A stretch of 64,000 bases of DNA, from the NCBI GenBank assembly GCA_020137815.1, contig CM035359.1, positions 1,736,001 to 1,800,000 of the forward strand, given 5' to 3'. The notes below the pieces were generated by a model that searched no databases, had not been told where the DNA came from, and saw only the letters and a list, made by a program, of their open reading frames with translations. How positions within the stretch are numbered: the stretch's first letter is position 1; the number at the start of each line of letters is the position of its first letter. A program made the position numbers and the translations under genes. This stretch comes from Hormiphora californensis. Its lineage: Eukaryota > Animalia > Ctenophora. Shown one piece after another: positions 1-12,746 of this stretch.

Positions 1-98
1 TTCGAATTCTCTTTCAAACGATTATACCAAAACGATTTCAGGGACCGAGGATATTCGTCAATTATGATAATGGTATGGGCCGTGCTTGTATTGAGAAT

Positions 99-669
99 GG
101 TGGGCGGACTCTAGTGCTAACGGACTCTTTATCTAAATTCAAGGCGGACTCTATATCTAAAAGCGGACTCTTTATCTACAGTTAGACTTTGAAAAATTTA
201 GATAAAGAGTCCGCCCAGTGTAGACTTTTTAGATATAGAGTCCGCACTGTGTAGACTTTTTAGACATAGAGTCCCCTGGTACAATTGGCGCCAAAACCCC
301 CAACCGGACTCTATGTCTAAAATCCTAACCAGCCAAAACCTAACCCTAACCATAACCCTAACCCTAACTCGAACCCAAATAATGGCCCTAACACTTCTCA
401 ATTAGTATAGAGGTACAGCAAACTCTCGTTTCCGGCCTAACGGCCGAAATCTCGAGTTCGCTGAGAATGGCGACTCTATGTCTAATTTAGATTTATGTAG
501 TAGAATAGAGTCCGCTCTTGTAGACTTTTTAGATAAAGAGTCCGCCATGTTTAGACTTTTTAGAGATAGAGTCCTCCAGAGTTTAGACTTATTGGACTCT
601 TTATCTAAATCTAAATTTAGATATAGAGTCCACTGTAGACTTAGAGTGTAGCACTAGAGTCCGCACACC
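99..669. mobile_element. Non-autonomous Mutator/MULE-like TIR element
   Basis: TIR GGTG(G/T)GCGGACTCTAGTGCTA; 9-bp TSD ATTGAGAAT (90-98, 670-678); empty site at ~17869-17877; internal GGACTCT subterminal repeats and a (TAACCC)-like run at ~338-370. Confidence 0.85.
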
Positions 670-1077
670 ATTGAGAATACGGTATCGGTTCGACACGGTG
701 TCAGTTCAATACTGTAAAACGACGGGCAAGCTGGGCCAATCAGGGCGTTATTACGTGCTGACAAAATGTACTTTCAACAGATTGTTGACAAAGCCATTAC
801 CGTATCCACCGTATTACCGTATCTTCACTACTGTTACACTACTGTTACGTGGTGCTTGTAGTGGGAATACGGTATCTGAATAATACATTATCTGACCTTT
901 ACGTTTCTGAATTACATATAATATATATTTGAAATAGGAGCAGCGGCAAAGCCCCTGGTTAGGTGGGGGTCTCCGGTCTAGGGGGCAAAGCCGCCCGAAA
1001 ATTGAGACTTTTTAACCGATTTTCACTCATTTTAGGCATTTAAAAGTCAATCTTGAGAGAAATAAATTGACTCTATT

Positions 1078-1335
1078 TACGTCCGATTTTTTGAAACTGT
1101 CGCACCCCTTTTCACACGCGGCGTCGTATTTGCGCGTGATAGCCCCCACTTGCTCTCACTTTTCAGCAAAAAACCGCATATCATCGGAAAGGGCATAATT
1201 TTGTGAGTCCGTAAAACTTTGGTTTGACGAAATTGGTCAAGAAACAAAGGCGTGAGAGCGAAAACAAGTTTCCGACGTGCAAATAATAACTCGCGCGCCA
1301 CCAGGGGGGCAACAGTTTCAAAAAATCCGACTTTA
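1078..1335. mobile_element. MITE of the TAAAGTCGGATTTTTTGAAAC-TIR family (also ~18281-18538, 59046-59373, 63396-63550)
   Basis: The same inverted termini (GTC(G/C)GATTTTTTGAA ... TTCAAAAAATCCGACTTTA) recur at four places in the window. Confidence 0.7.
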
Positions 1336-3582
1336 TACATATACAGTCGGACCCCGATTTAACGGCACCCTCGGGGGAAAGGGGGTTGTCCGTTAAATCG
1401 GGGTGTCCGTTAAATCGGGGTATAGCATATTTGGCCCATAAAACCCTATTTTTGTCCAAAAATATTACTAAAACACCTCTAAGTGTTAAATGCAATATCC
1501 ATGTATTGATTACATGATCATTTCTGATTAAAAAATAATTTCAAAATAAGTTATAACAATTTTCTAAGGTACTACAGTCGGGCCCCGATTTACCGGGATC
1601 CTCGGGGGAAGTCATTTTGCCCGGTAAATCGGTGTGCCCAGTATTATATCGGGGTGGTAGAGCATATTTGACCCATAAATCCTACTTATGTCCAAAATTC
1701 TATACCAAGACACCTCTAACTGTATAGTATACATTTATTGATGACAATATGATCATTCAATGATGATTCATTGCTTCTGTCATGTTCGCAAAAGGCAAGC
1801 TTCCCCTCGTCCGACCCGAAGGGAATTCTAGTAACAAATCTAAATTGTACGAGTTAGTGGTGTGCTATGGCATAAATTTATGCTTTCATGTGGATTGTAG
1901 CTACAAATTCTACAACGTGAACGGTTTTTACCAGGAAAAGAACCCAAATTTGAGATTTGATCATATATGATACTATTGTCCTAAGGGTAAATTCTCCTAA
2001 AACATACATATTCGTGCTGAAAAGGAGCTAAGAGACAAATGGGGGCACTAAAATGTGTAGAATCATCGCATTAGTGGGGGTAGAGCACATATTTAGATCG
2101 CTATCTGGATCCATAATTGAGATAATTGGATAATTAGCTAATTAGTTACCCTGGAGCGCTAATAAATGAGACTAGGCGGAGTATACAAGACAAGTGAGGG
2201 CACTAAAATGTGTAAAATCATCGCCTTAGCGGGGGTAGAGCACATAGCTGAGTTTCTATTCCCACTCCTAATTGAGATAATTGGATAATTAGCTATTGAC
2301 GGTTGCACACCGTCCACTTTTCACCAAATCCGTTTTCTAGGTAATCCTGAGCTCTTTGCTCAATCTAAGGATCTTCTGACAACCCCTAACCCCATTTGTA
2401 TCACTTTGACTCGTTTTACACAATAGTAAAGCACTCGATACAACCCTAGACACTGCCTTCAGCTCTTTAGAACCCTCTTGCTCCATCCTAGACCTCTCAT
2501 ACATCCAAGATCCAACTACAATCCTATAGAAATTTTATATCCTATATGCTCCTACAACACGTTCAACCTCTAATGTACTACAGTTTCCCCTATATTGTTT
2601 GGACACACGGTTATAGGGGTTTAGGGATATTAGGGGAGTGTCAGAAGATCCTTAGATTGAGCAAAAGAGCTCAGGATTACCTAGAAACCACGGGATTTGG
2701 TGAAAAGTGGACGGTGTGCAACCGTCAATTAGCTATTATCCAATTATCTCATTTAGGAGTTGGAATAGAAACTCAGCTAGTGCTCTACCTCCACTAAGGC
2801 GATAATTTACACATTTTTACACATTTTACACAGCAATCTATGTCACATCAGCAGTCTCCTCAAGCGGTTCAATAGGCCTAGGGAGCTGGGAGCACTTCAG
2901 TAAAATTGGCAAACGCTGCTGGCCCGCGATAAGTCAGCGCTTTTCAAAAAGTTAGAAGAATCTACACAACCCAGAAGCGACCTCAGGGGTGAAACGGTGC
3001 AATTTATTATTTATTTAGTCAATAATGCAGCCATTACACGCTGTGAGGTGTGAATCAAGTCATCATGAGGTCCCTTTGTGGGTTGTACAGAAAAGTAAGA
3101 AAATCAAACGACTACACTCTTAAAAAAGTAAAAGGGACATTTGGCAAACGCTGCTGCCAGCGCGGGATAAGCCATCGCTTTGGCAAACGTTGCTGGCCCC
3201 CGATAGCGCAGCGCGGGATAAGGCAGCGATTTTCGAGGCATCGCTTTTCAAAAAGAAAATTTGAAATATAAAAATCTGAGTACGGATTTCAGAAATCGCG
3301 ATAATCTTTGAAAAAGGGGCGCGCACCCGTACGCGCGCGTTTTTTTTGCGCGCTACATTCGCAAATGCGCGCAAACTGTCGCGGGAGTTCGAAAACATTA
3401 GCAAACTTTCGCATACATTCGCATGATTTCCGGCCGCTTGCGGCAACGCAACTCAAATTTTTCGAAAATTTTCGAGTCATCAGATTGCAGCTAAAGATGT
3501 CGTCTATACATCGTAGGGGGCACATTTTTGAGATTTTGTTTCAAAACAGCTCCGAATCGACAAATAGGGAAGGCCTTATATG

Positions 3583-3738
3583 TGCTATAACACCGGTGTT
3601 TATCTGTATATCGCCTCCCGCGCGGGAGGCGATGTTCCCGCATATCGGCCCCTTGCGGAGCAAGGGGACGATATGCAATATATCGCCCCGAACGTATAGT
3701 GAGGGCGATATATTTGATACACATAAGGTGTTATAGCA
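3583..3738. mobile_element. Short MITE (TIR TGCTATAACACC); second copy ~21760-21920
   Basis: Inverted termini TGCTATAACACC ... GGTGTTATAGCA in both duplicated blocks. Confidence 0.55.
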
Positions 3739-3743
3739 TATAA

Positions 3744-4117
3744 TGTTTCGGGGTGTTCGGGGGGTTACAGGGGGCCAGGGGCGTTGGGTGACCGTACCGA
3801 TGTATTTCCGTAGACAAAGATAAACACAGGATCTTACAAAGTGAGAAGAAGGTTTCAAGGTAAACGAAGGTATAGATTGTTAGGAAGAATCTGACAAACT
3901 TTCTTGCATTCTCAGTGAGAATCTCACAAAACATCTGAGGTAAAACATCTCTCGCGCGGCGGAATATGGCGTGATTCCGCGCTCGCGATATCTCACAACA
4001 CATTTGGAACTCTCGCGCGTTCCATACAAACACTCAGGAAAACTGTGCCACACTCATGGCACACATCGCACACACACGTTACACACACAAACAAACTATC
4101 AGTTCACACCTATCACA
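3744..4117 (-). repeat. 3' LTR
   Basis: Appears identical by eye to 8724-9097; preceded on the minus strand by the PPT. Confidence 0.95.
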
Positions 4118-4137
4118 CTCCCCTCTCTTTCCTTTTC
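4118..4137 (-). other. Polypurine tract of the Copia element
   Basis: Minus-strand purine run (…AAAAGGAAAGAGAGGGGAG) directly abutting the 3' LTR. Confidence 0.85.
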
Positions 4138-4464
4138 CGAATCGAGAGATGAGCAAGCAGGAGATTCAGGTCCGGCAAACTACAGGTCAGGGCTAAAAAT
4201 GAACACTGTCATGAGTGGCTGGATGTGAAAAAAAATAAAATGGCAGGGAAAAGAAAAATGCCAGTCGGCTAATAAACTCGTGACAAAGCATCAGGTGAGT
4301 TGAAATAAGTGAAGAACAAAAATCTATCACTGGGTAAAATAAGTAGTGAAAGTCAGGTGAGTTAAATATACACACTGGGTGAGTAGTAAGAAAACGGGTT
4401 AGGAAGTAAAAACTGGGTTAAAATAAGGTGAGATAAAATACAAAAGTAGGGATAAAGTAAACGG

Positions 4465-7400
4465 TTACAGCATTCCGTTGATAACGTCCGGGTTCACTCC
4501 TCTCTTTGTCAGGATGTCAGCGGGGTTCAACTTTGATTGAATCCAAGAGACTGTGACTTCCCCTCTCTCGATTCTCTCTTGAACTTCTCGTAACGTGAGA
4601 ATTGTTGATTTATCTTCAGGGGTTGAAGACACCTTGTTTGCAGAGTCAACAACTTGTTTGGAGTCAGTGAAAATCTTGATTCCCGGGTCAAAAGTGAGTT
4701 CTCTCAAGAAGGATTGGATCAGGATTGCATATCCCAAACCATCACTCACTGCATAGAGTTCTGCTGCGTAGACACTTTTCACAACACGTTTAACCTTGTT
4801 GGAACTGTAGGCTATCAGGTTAGCGTGAGAGTTGTCTCCTGTTTCAGTTTGAGGGTCTCCCCAGAAAAGAATGACACCTTCCCCGGTTTTCTTGTCATGG
4901 AGATTTCCAAGACTAGCGTCTGTAAAAACTGAAATATTAGCGTTAGTGTGAAAAATAGGGGAAAAAGTAATCTTTGTTGGGGATAAATTCTTGACAATCT
5001 TCTTCAGCTCTTTGAATTGTTTCCCAGTCCACGGTGATGTCGTAGTAATGTCAAGAAGGCTAAAACAGATCTGTGGCATAGTCTGTGTTGCTAGCCAATT
5101 CAACTTTCCAATCACAGTCCTCATGAGAGATTGGAGGTTATCGTCAACTTCTTCACTATTCTGGGGCACAGGTTTGACAGAATTCAACTTTTCCATCATA
5201 CTGTCTCTGACATAGTTACAGTACTGCTGCTGTGTGACGAATATGTTGTTTCCTTGCTGTTTGACTTGCCAGCCAAGGTAGTTGAAATCGGTTATCTCCA
5301 CTCGTCCTATCTTGTATCTGTTCAGGGCGGGTTCCACTTTAGCGAAGAAATTGTGGTCACCTGTCATCAGAATGTCATCAACATGGACAACTAGTAATCC
5401 TTCTAGCTTTCCATCATCTCCGATGGTGAAGAATACGTTTTTGTCAATTTTAGATTGACGGAGAGTCTTCTTCAGAGTTGCAGAGAGAGAAAAATACCAT
5501 TTTCTACCAGCGTCTCCTAGTCCATACAGGGGTTTCAGAAGTTTCCACAACACTCCTTGTTTCCTCATGGAATTAGGTGGTTTAACATACACCTCTCTTG
5601 ACATAGTGTCTGATTGCAAATAAGCGCTTGCTACATCAACACTCTTCAGGTTCCAGTTGGTTGTAGTAGACAGACTGAGTAGAGTTCTCACTGCATACTT
5701 TGTTACAGTTGGGGATTGGGTTTGGTCCTCTAACTTTTCCTCGAATCCACGGGCAACTAGACGGGCCTTGACTGTCCCATCATCCTTTCGGGTTATAACC
5801 CATCGGGTGCTTACCCGGTCCTGTCCTGTGTCAGGCACTTCTTCAAATGCTTTAAACTCCTCCAGTTTATCGATCTCTTTCCTTCGTGCTAATTGCACTT
5901 CCTCTTTACCCATCTTTGATGCTGCTAGGAGAATTTCATCATGTTCGGGACTGAAGGGTTCTTGATCATCTGGGGGTTTTCTGGGACTGTCCTCTCTGGG
6001 ATCTGTAGTCTCAGGTAAAAGTACCTGCTTCTGCTCAACATGATCATCAAGATTCTGGAGCTGTTCACTTTCTGGAACATTTATCTCAGGGGCAGATCCA
6101 CTTTCTTGGGATACTTCCTCAACCGGATTATCAGGATTCGGAGGCTGTTCACTATCTGGAACATTGTTCTCTTGGACAGATCCACTTTGGGATTCTTCCT
6201 CTACCGCGTTACCATTTTTAGTAACTTCAATCACTGTGTGTTCACTTTCGGAATCTGATACAGGATTTGTTGCTGCGGGGGTGTCTCTATGAGTTTTACT
6301 CCTCAATCCGAAATCTCTTGCTGGGGGTGTCACTTTGGGTTTCTTCTTCTTGGGCTTCTTCTTCTGTACTACCTTGGGCTCGGTTGGCCTATCCTCGGGT
6401 TCATCTTCCTCACTTGAGTCTCCCAGTGCTAATCGCGAATTGGGGACTGTCCTCTGGTTCTGGTCTTTTCGCTCATGGACTAGCCTCACTTTACAAGGAT
6501 GTGCACGTAGTAGTGCTCCACCGTGCTTGATTAAAACATTGTTATCGATCATTCCAACAACTGTAGCGGGTCCCAACCAGGTTTTGTGAGCTTCACGCTT
6601 GTAGAATACCTTATCTCCCTGGACATAGGTATGTTGATCCTGTGTTGGTCCGGCACTATTTAGTGCTCGTTTCAGTCTGGAAGAATTTTCCAATTCGATA
6701 AACTTTAATCGGGCTGTCTTCATGGCTTGTAGATTCTTCACTACTAATTCATCTCCGTGAGCATTTCCTCCGTGAGCAGGTAGGCATTCTTCTGAGTCCA
6801 ATACGTGTGGAAAGGTAGGAGCTGTGCCAAAAACTAGTTGATGTGGTGAAAATCCCATCTGATTGCTTAGCTGGTTCTTAGCATTGCTAGACCAAGCACA
6901 AGCCACTGGTATAGTGCATCCAGTGTCATCACGAGTTTTGACAACCATGTCTCCAAGAATTCCGTTGTGTCTCTCAGTGAGACCATTGCACCATGGGCTC
7001 TCAGCTGGGGTAGCTTTCAAGTCAATATCTAGGCGGCTTGCCATCTCCAGGATAACTTCGTTGGTGAATTCTCCTCCGTTGTCCGATAGGATCCTCTTGG
7101 GGCGACCAAAGATAGAAATCCAACATGTGAAGAATTTCTGAACACATTCTTCTGCTGATTTGTTCTCGATGGGGACCATAACACTGTACCTGGTTAGTGT
7201 ATCAATGATATGAATAGTCCATTTTGATTCACCCGAGCTGAATTTCAACATCTTTAAATCCATTGCAACACACTCATTGAAAGTGTTCCCGAGAGGTAAT
7301 GCAACTTTCCTCCTAGGTTTGGATCGTTGATGCTCCATGCATTGTTGGCATTCAAGTGCAACTTGGTGAAGTTCTCGACAAATCTCCTCCTTGTTGGGGT

Positions 7401-8700
7401 GATTGGAAGATTTAGCTACCTCCTGGATTTTCGCAGTCGAGCCATGGGCAAAGTAACGATGGAGTTTCTGGGCAATCTTTCTGGGTGATGTGGTACCTGA
7501 ATCCGAAGATGTTAAAAGAGTAGTTGGAGAAAGTTTGGAGTTTAAATCAATTGTGACGTGACCACTATCAGTGAGATGTAACTGTGTTTGTTTACCCGAG
7601 ACCTGTAGCACGTCGTTCCCAAAATCAATCACCGCTCCTCTCTCGCTAAGTAAAGCTCTGGATAAAAGAGGTGGGATGTTAAGGTCTAGGACAAACACGG
7701 GTACTTCATCACATGACAAACCAAATATATCTGTGGGGATATACGCAATCGATTTAGACGTTACAGATTTGGAATCACCAAAAGTAAAATGTCTCTCACT
7801 GACAGTCTCTCTCTTACAACGTATACAAGATTCACTCTCAAATTTACGTAACCAATTTGCACCACACACTGAGATAGCTGCACCAGTGTCCAAAATCGCT
7901 CTCAGGCCACATTGTTCAGTTAGTGAAAGAATATACTCTGTACCGACAACCATCTTGAAAACTCCGTGCTGCCTGCCGCCACCACGGCCACCACGATTAC
8001 CACGACTACCACCACTGCCACCATATTTCGACTCCTTCCTGGCGCTATTCTTCTTTAGACAGTTGGAGGCCACATGTCCGGGTTTTCTACAGTTAAAACA
8101 TACAATCAGAGTTAATGATTCTGTTTCAGTTTTCTCAGAGTTAGAAACTGCACCATTTGACTCGGGAAGGTTGGCACCAAAAGTCCTTTTCATCGATTGA
8201 ATCATGTCCTCTAAACGAATATTAGGACAAGTTGCTCGTAGAAGGCGTTTTTGCTCCGGGGTCAGATTTGCTTGTTCAAGGAGTCTATAGGCAAGGATCT
8301 GAGATCCGTAGATAGCATCTTGAGTCTCCACTTCACACCTCTGCTTCAACTCATTGAGCCGTGTTGAGAACTCCGAAATGAACTCAGGAATGGCCATATC
8401 GGAAGGTCTCACAAATTGTTCGAACCGTTCTATGGCGGTGAACAAGCTTACAGTCTTATCCCTACCGAAAACACCTTCGAGATCTTTTAACAGATAGGCC
8501 ACGCCATCATCTGTTTGCAGTTTCGAGATATCCAAGCCTAGGGCATGTTCCTTCGCGGCACCAGTTAGGACATAGGCGAGGCGGGCTGCCTGGCTCTTTG
8601 GTGGACATGTTGTTCCAGCGATCCAGAGAAGCACGTCCCTTCGGTAGACATCGAATGGTAACTCGGCGTTGAAAGTGGGAGGATATATGTCTGACGGCAT
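4465..8700 (-). CDS. Copia Gag-Pol polyprotein (~1411 aa from ATG at 8700)
   Basis: Zn knuckle CFNCRKPGHVASNC; protease ILDTGA; integrase HHCC plus VAMDL / SDNGGEF / NGLTERHN; RT KARLVARGFEE and HVDD; RNase H FTDAS ... ADILTK. The ORF-track start at 8838 lies inside the LTR. Confidence 0.95.
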   Translation of the reverse strand: MPSDIYPPTFNAELPFDVYRRDVLLWIAGTTCPPKSQAARLAYVLTGAAKEHALGLDISKLQTDDGVAYLLKDLEGVFGRDKTVSLFTAIERFEQFVRPSDMAIPEFISEFSTRLNELKQRCEVETQDAIYGSQILAYRLLEQANLTPEQKRLLRATCPNIRLEDMIQSMKRTFGANLPESNGAVSNSEKTETESLTLIVCFNCRKPGHVASNCLKKNSARKESKYGGSGGSRGNRGGRGGGRQHGVFKMVVGTEYILSLTEQCGLRAILDTGAAISVCGANWLRKFESESCIRCKRETVSERHFTFGDSKSVTSKSIAYIPTDIFGLSCDEVPVFVLDLNIPPLLSRALLSERGAVIDFGNDVLQVSGKQTQLHLTDSGHVTIDLNSKLSPTTLLTSSDSGTTSPRKIAQKLHRYFAHGSTAKIQEVAKSSNHPNKEEICRELHQVALECQQCMEHQRSKPRRKVALPLGNTFNECVAMDLKMLKFSSGESKWTIHIIDTLTRYSVMVPIENKSAEECVQKFFTCWISIFGRPKRILSDNGGEFTNEVILEMASRLDIDLKATPAESPWCNGLTERHNGILGDMVVKTRDDTGCTIPVACAWSSNAKNQLSNQMGFSPHQLVFGTAPTFPHVLDSEECLPAHGGNAHGDELVVKNLQAMKTARLKFIELENSSRLKRALNSAGPTQDQHTYVQGDKVFYKREAHKTWLGPATVVGMIDNNVLIKHGGALLRAHPCKVRLVHERKDQNQRTVPNSRLALGDSSEEDEPEDRPTEPKVVQKKKPKKKKPKVTPPARDFGLRSKTHRDTPAATNPVSDSESEHTVIEVTKNGNAVEEESQSGSVQENNVPDSEQPPNPDNPVEEVSQESGSAPEINVPESEQLQNLDDHVEQKQVLLPETTDPREDSPRKPPDDQEPFSPEHDEILLAASKMGKEEVQLARRKEIDKLEEFKAFEEVPDTGQDRVSTRWVITRKDDGTVKARLVARGFEEKLEDQTQSPTVTKYAVRTLLSLSTTTNWNLKSVDVASAYLQSDTMSREVYVKPPNSMRKQGVLWKLLKPLYGLGDAGRKWYFSLSATLKKTLRQSKIDKNVFFTIGDDGKLEGLLVVHVDDILMTGDHNFFAKVEPALNRYKIGRVEITDFNYLGWQVKQQGNNIFVTQQQYCNYVRDSMMEKLNSVKPVPQNSEEVDDNLQSLMRTVIGKLNWLATQTMPQICFSLLDITTTSPWTGKQFKELKKIVKNLSPTKITFSPIFHTNANISVFTDASLGNLHDKKTGEGVILFWGDPQTETGDNSHANLIAYSSNKVKRVVKSVYAAELYAVSDGLGYAILIQSFLRELTFDPGIKIFTDSKQVVDSANKVSSTPEDKSTILTLREVQERIERGEVTVSWIQSKLNPADILTKRGVNPDVINGML

Positions 8701-8713
8701 CGAATTGCACTTG

Positions 8714-8722
8714 CTGCTACCA
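8714..8722 (-). other. Primer-binding site complementary to the 3' end of initiator tRNA-Met
   Basis: TGGTAGCAG lies 1 nt downstream of the 5' LTR on the minus strand. Confidence 0.8.
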
Positions 8723-8723
8723 C

Positions 8724-9097
8724 TGTTTCGGGGTGTTCGGGGGGTTACAGGGGGCCAGGGGCGTTGGGTGACCGTACCGATGTATTTCCGTAGACAAAGA
8801 TAAACACAGGATCTTACAAAGTGAGAAGAAGGTTTCAAGGTAAACGAAGGTATAGATTGTTAGGAAGAATCTGACAAACTTTCTTGCATTCTCAGTGAGA
8901 ATCTCACAAAACATCTGAGGTAAAACATCTCTCGCGCGGCGGAATATGGCGTGATTCCGCGCTCGCGATATCTCACAACACATTTGGAACTCTCGCGCGT
9001 TCCATACAAACACTCAGGAAAACTGTGCCACACTCATGGCACACATCGCACACACACGTTACACACACAAACAAACTATCAGTTCACACCTATCACA
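8724..9097 (-). repeat. 5' LTR
   Basis: 374 bp, TG...CA, followed by the PBS. Confidence 0.95.
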
Positions 9098-9099
9098 TA

Positions 9100-9611
9100 T
9101 AACGCCCACTGCAAGCAAGGAGAGAACAACACTAATCCCCTTTCAAGTTTTTCAGCCTAATTTGACATATTATTCAGCATCATCAAACTTTCACAGTTCA
9201 ACAACAAATGATTACACAGAGAGAGAGGCAACACAACCCATGTCAACCCTTCAAATATGTTCCCCTTGCAACTGCAGACATGTCTAGACACTCACACACA
9301 CACACACAAGCAAACTATTGGGGCTAATTAAGTAGAGAGATAACGAATGCCAATGTCTTTCTTGTTTCTCTCTTATGTTAACCTATACACACTCCCTATC
9401 CCTACATTTCTTCTTCCTTAATCAACAGTGTGTTACACAGTACACACATACACACATAAGAAAGGATTTCACACCTTTTTTGAATGAATTCTTGTGTGTA
9501 ATAAACTACACTTTTGGAGCGTGTGATATGAGATTTATCACCTCGGATGCAGTCATATCAGCCCACTACCGCGCGGGTGATATTTGTCTAAAAAAAGCGC
9601 AGTGGGCGTTA
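9100..9611. mobile_element. MITE (TIR TAACGCCCACTGC); second copy ~21923-22434
   Basis: Inverted termini TATAACGCCCACTGC ... GCAGTGGGCGTTATA. Confidence 0.6.
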
Positions 9612-9674
9612 TAATATAGATAACCCCGGCTAGTAGAGGGATGAAATCTGATATATCACCCTGTAAGGGTGGTA

Positions 9675-10539
9675 CAGTCGGACCCCGATTTAGTGGCATC
9701 CTCGGGGGGAAAAAATCCTGCCACTAAATCGGGGTGCCACTAAATCGGGGAGATCCATATTTGGCCCATAAAAACCTATTTTATGCCCAAAATGCTATAC
9801 TAAGACTAAAGACACCTCTAACTGTTATATGCAATATTCATGTATTGATGACATGATTATTTTTGATTAGAAAAAGAAAGCTATAAAATATTTTTTTCAA
9901 AAAAATTGTGAAAAATTTTCTAAGTCATACCAGCCCGTCCGATTTGTGTTTCGAATCGGTGCAGCTTACTGGATGTCCTGTCTAATTAGACAGTTCGAAA
10001 CGAACCGATACGTGATACCATGCCGAATCGGGGCACCCTAAGCGGGTGAGGAAGTATCAACATTTCAAAATAACTTTTTCTCTCAAAATTTATGGGGAGC
10101 ACCGATCAAAGCATTGACAATCGTACTGTAAAATTTTGCAAAAAAAAGTTTTAAAATTTTTTTAAAGGTATACCAGCCACGTCCGAATCGTGTTTCGAAT
10201 CGGTGCATCTTATCGCAATATGTCCTGCTGCTAATTAGACGGTTCCGAACGAATCGAAACGTGATCCCCATCGAATCGAAATTTTGACGCTGGTGAACTT
10301 GTGATTCAATGGCCCCATGGGGATCACGTATCGGTTCGTTCCGAACCGTCTAATTAGCAGCAGGACATGCGATAAGATTCACTGATTCGAAACACGATTC
10401 GGACGTGGCTAATATTCCTTTGAAAAATTTTGAAAAAAATTTCACAAAAAAAAATTCAAAAAAATTTTTGGGGGAAAAAAATCGTGCCACTAAATCGGGG
10501 TGCCACTAAATCGGGGGCCATTAAATCGGGGTCCGACTG
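9675..10539. mobile_element. Tc1/mariner(pogo)-like non-autonomous element
   Basis: TIR CAGTCGGACCCCGATTTA; TA TSD; empty site GGTGG-TA-TATCAATACG at ~22491-22507. Confidence 0.9.
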
Positions 10540-11091
10540 TATATCAATACGATATCCACGAGGAGCAACACAGTAGACTGCGGGAAATATCAGCAGGGGG
10601 GGGTGGTTTATAAATAGATTTCTCTACTAGAGAGAAGTGTTGAGTTTGTGCTCTTGCAGTGGGTTTTATAGGGAGAGAGGACACAGCGTGTTGTTGTGCA
10701 TCACGTGTCCCCGTTATCAGCACACGTGACAGCTGATCCCTTGATCACGTGACAGCTGATCCCATTACGCCTCCTCTCCCGGGTAGCGAGAGAAAGTACC
10801 GTAAAGTGGGTGAGGCGTCACTATAAAGCCAATTATCTCTGTCCTCCAGCTGTAAGATGACATGTCACGTGTTACAGACAATACAGACGCTGCTGTTATA
10901 GAGAGAGACGTCTCTCTCTGGAGCAGAAAAGTGTGCCCAGTCCGAATTAGCTCAACAATGAATAATTATTGCTTATCCCAACGGTCCCTCTCTATCTCTC
11001 GTTTCTCTCTCACTCTCTATATATCTCTCCCTCAACGCTGCCGCCTGCCCCAATGCCCCATCATCGCTTATCCTCATAATCGCTTACCCCA

Positions 11092-11307
<216 letters not shown>

Positions 11308-11508
11308 ATAAAGAAAATATCCCAGTTGGCTCCATGTTGAATCACACCGAAAGTTGAATCACACTGAAATGTTTGGTTGGTTCTTCAAATTAACAGGCGT
11401 TCAGTTGGCACGTGCGACCTAGGCGCTGGCAAGATGTTACATGTTGCAACATGTAAAAGTATACATTTGCAGTTTCATGTTTGTTTCATTTTGAATGCTC
11501 TGTTACAC

Positions 11509-12162
11509 TTGGTGACATAGACACCGTGCGCGACCAAGATTGAGCTCACACACAGGTGTCTGCTCCGCCTCAAAAAGGGTCGTTTCTTTCAAGGGATGTT
11601 GCACGCGATCCACTGGACCGATTTGCATCCGGTTTGTCGCAAAAGACTACAAATGATCCTAATATACTGGAAAATACCCGAGAAGTTTGTCTGTCAACAG
11701 GAAGTGGGTCAAAATTGACACTGAAGTCAAACCTATAATCTGGCTTCCGAGAGTTTCTGCACTACGCCCATGCGATTTAGAAGATATTGGGAGATATGTT
11801 GATGCAATTAGCATCAGCTATTAATGCCGGGTATTTTCCAGTACTCACAAGAGTTAAACCTATCTTCTGATGCCCTCAGATTCATTCTACACCGTCTGGG
11901 AGTGGTGCAAAAAGGCTCGAAAGCCAGATTATAGATTTGACTTCAGTGTCAATTTTGACCTACTTCCTGTTGACAGACAAACTTCTCGGGTATTTTCCAG
12001 TAAACTAGGACCAATTTGTAGTCTTTTGCGACAAACCGGATGCAAATCGGTCCAGTGGATCACGTGCAATTTGGCTTGAAAGACACGACCCTTTTTTAGG
12101 GGGCGGAGCGGACACCTATGTGCGAGCTCGATCTCGCACGCACTAGGTGTCAATGTCACCAA
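11509..12162. mobile_element. Long-TIR (foldback) MULE-like element
   Basis: Termini TTGGTGACAT ... ATGTCACCAA with long imperfect inverted arms; 9-bp TSD CTGTTACAC; absent at the partner site ~24320. Confidence 0.85.
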
Positions 12163-12746
12163 CTGTTACACTGACATAACGGGTGATAACTAAAAGATGT
12201 CACAAATTTAAAACAGCTGTAGAATTTTTCCGGAGAGAGTCTGATGACAGGGGATAACTGGTAAGGGACTAATGAAAAGACAGCCATTAGTCTATTATAC
12301 CGCCCATTATAGTCGGTCGAAGGGGGGTCGAACAAGGCAACGCGTAGTATACTGAAGTAATACCAGGTGTTCCCACGACTGATGACTGTTCAAAAACTGG
12401 AAAAATTTTTCACAATCTTGGTGAGGAGGGACTCTTTCTCCACAAAATGAACCCTGCACCATATCATACAATAACAAGAATGACGTGTTAGCTTTGGTAA
12501 CGAAGTAACCCCTCCCTTGCCAGTGCGAAAAGTTCGAGACCTCTTTAAAGAGGGGTTATTTCGTAACCAATTGTTTATAGCTGTTGTGTAAGAGATAACC
12601 TTTTCTAAAATGGGCGAGACGTTACATACGATCAACCGTACCTCTGTACCTTCAACCGATCAACCATTGACTGACTGATTCATATAACGTGCTACCAATA
12701 ATCTTGCCACCAAATAATAATCAGACCATTCAATATTAGAGAAATA

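Larger units (their letters stand above)
3744..9097 (-). mobile_element. Full-length Ty1/Copia LTR retrotransposon, GalEa-like
   Basis: Two 374-bp TG...CA LTRs; 5-bp TSD TATAA (3739-3743, 9098-9102) confirmed by the empty site at ~21921; PBS; PPT; single uninterrupted gag-pol ORF in PR-IN-RT-RH order. Confidence 0.97.

Noticed and set aside
338-370. Telomere / interstitial telomeric repeat
   Set aside because: Only a few degenerate TAACCC units, inside a TIR element.
8701-8838. N-terminal 46 aa of the 1457-aa ORF
   Set aside because: Starts at a non-ATG codon inside the LTR; the ATG at 8700 is more plausible.
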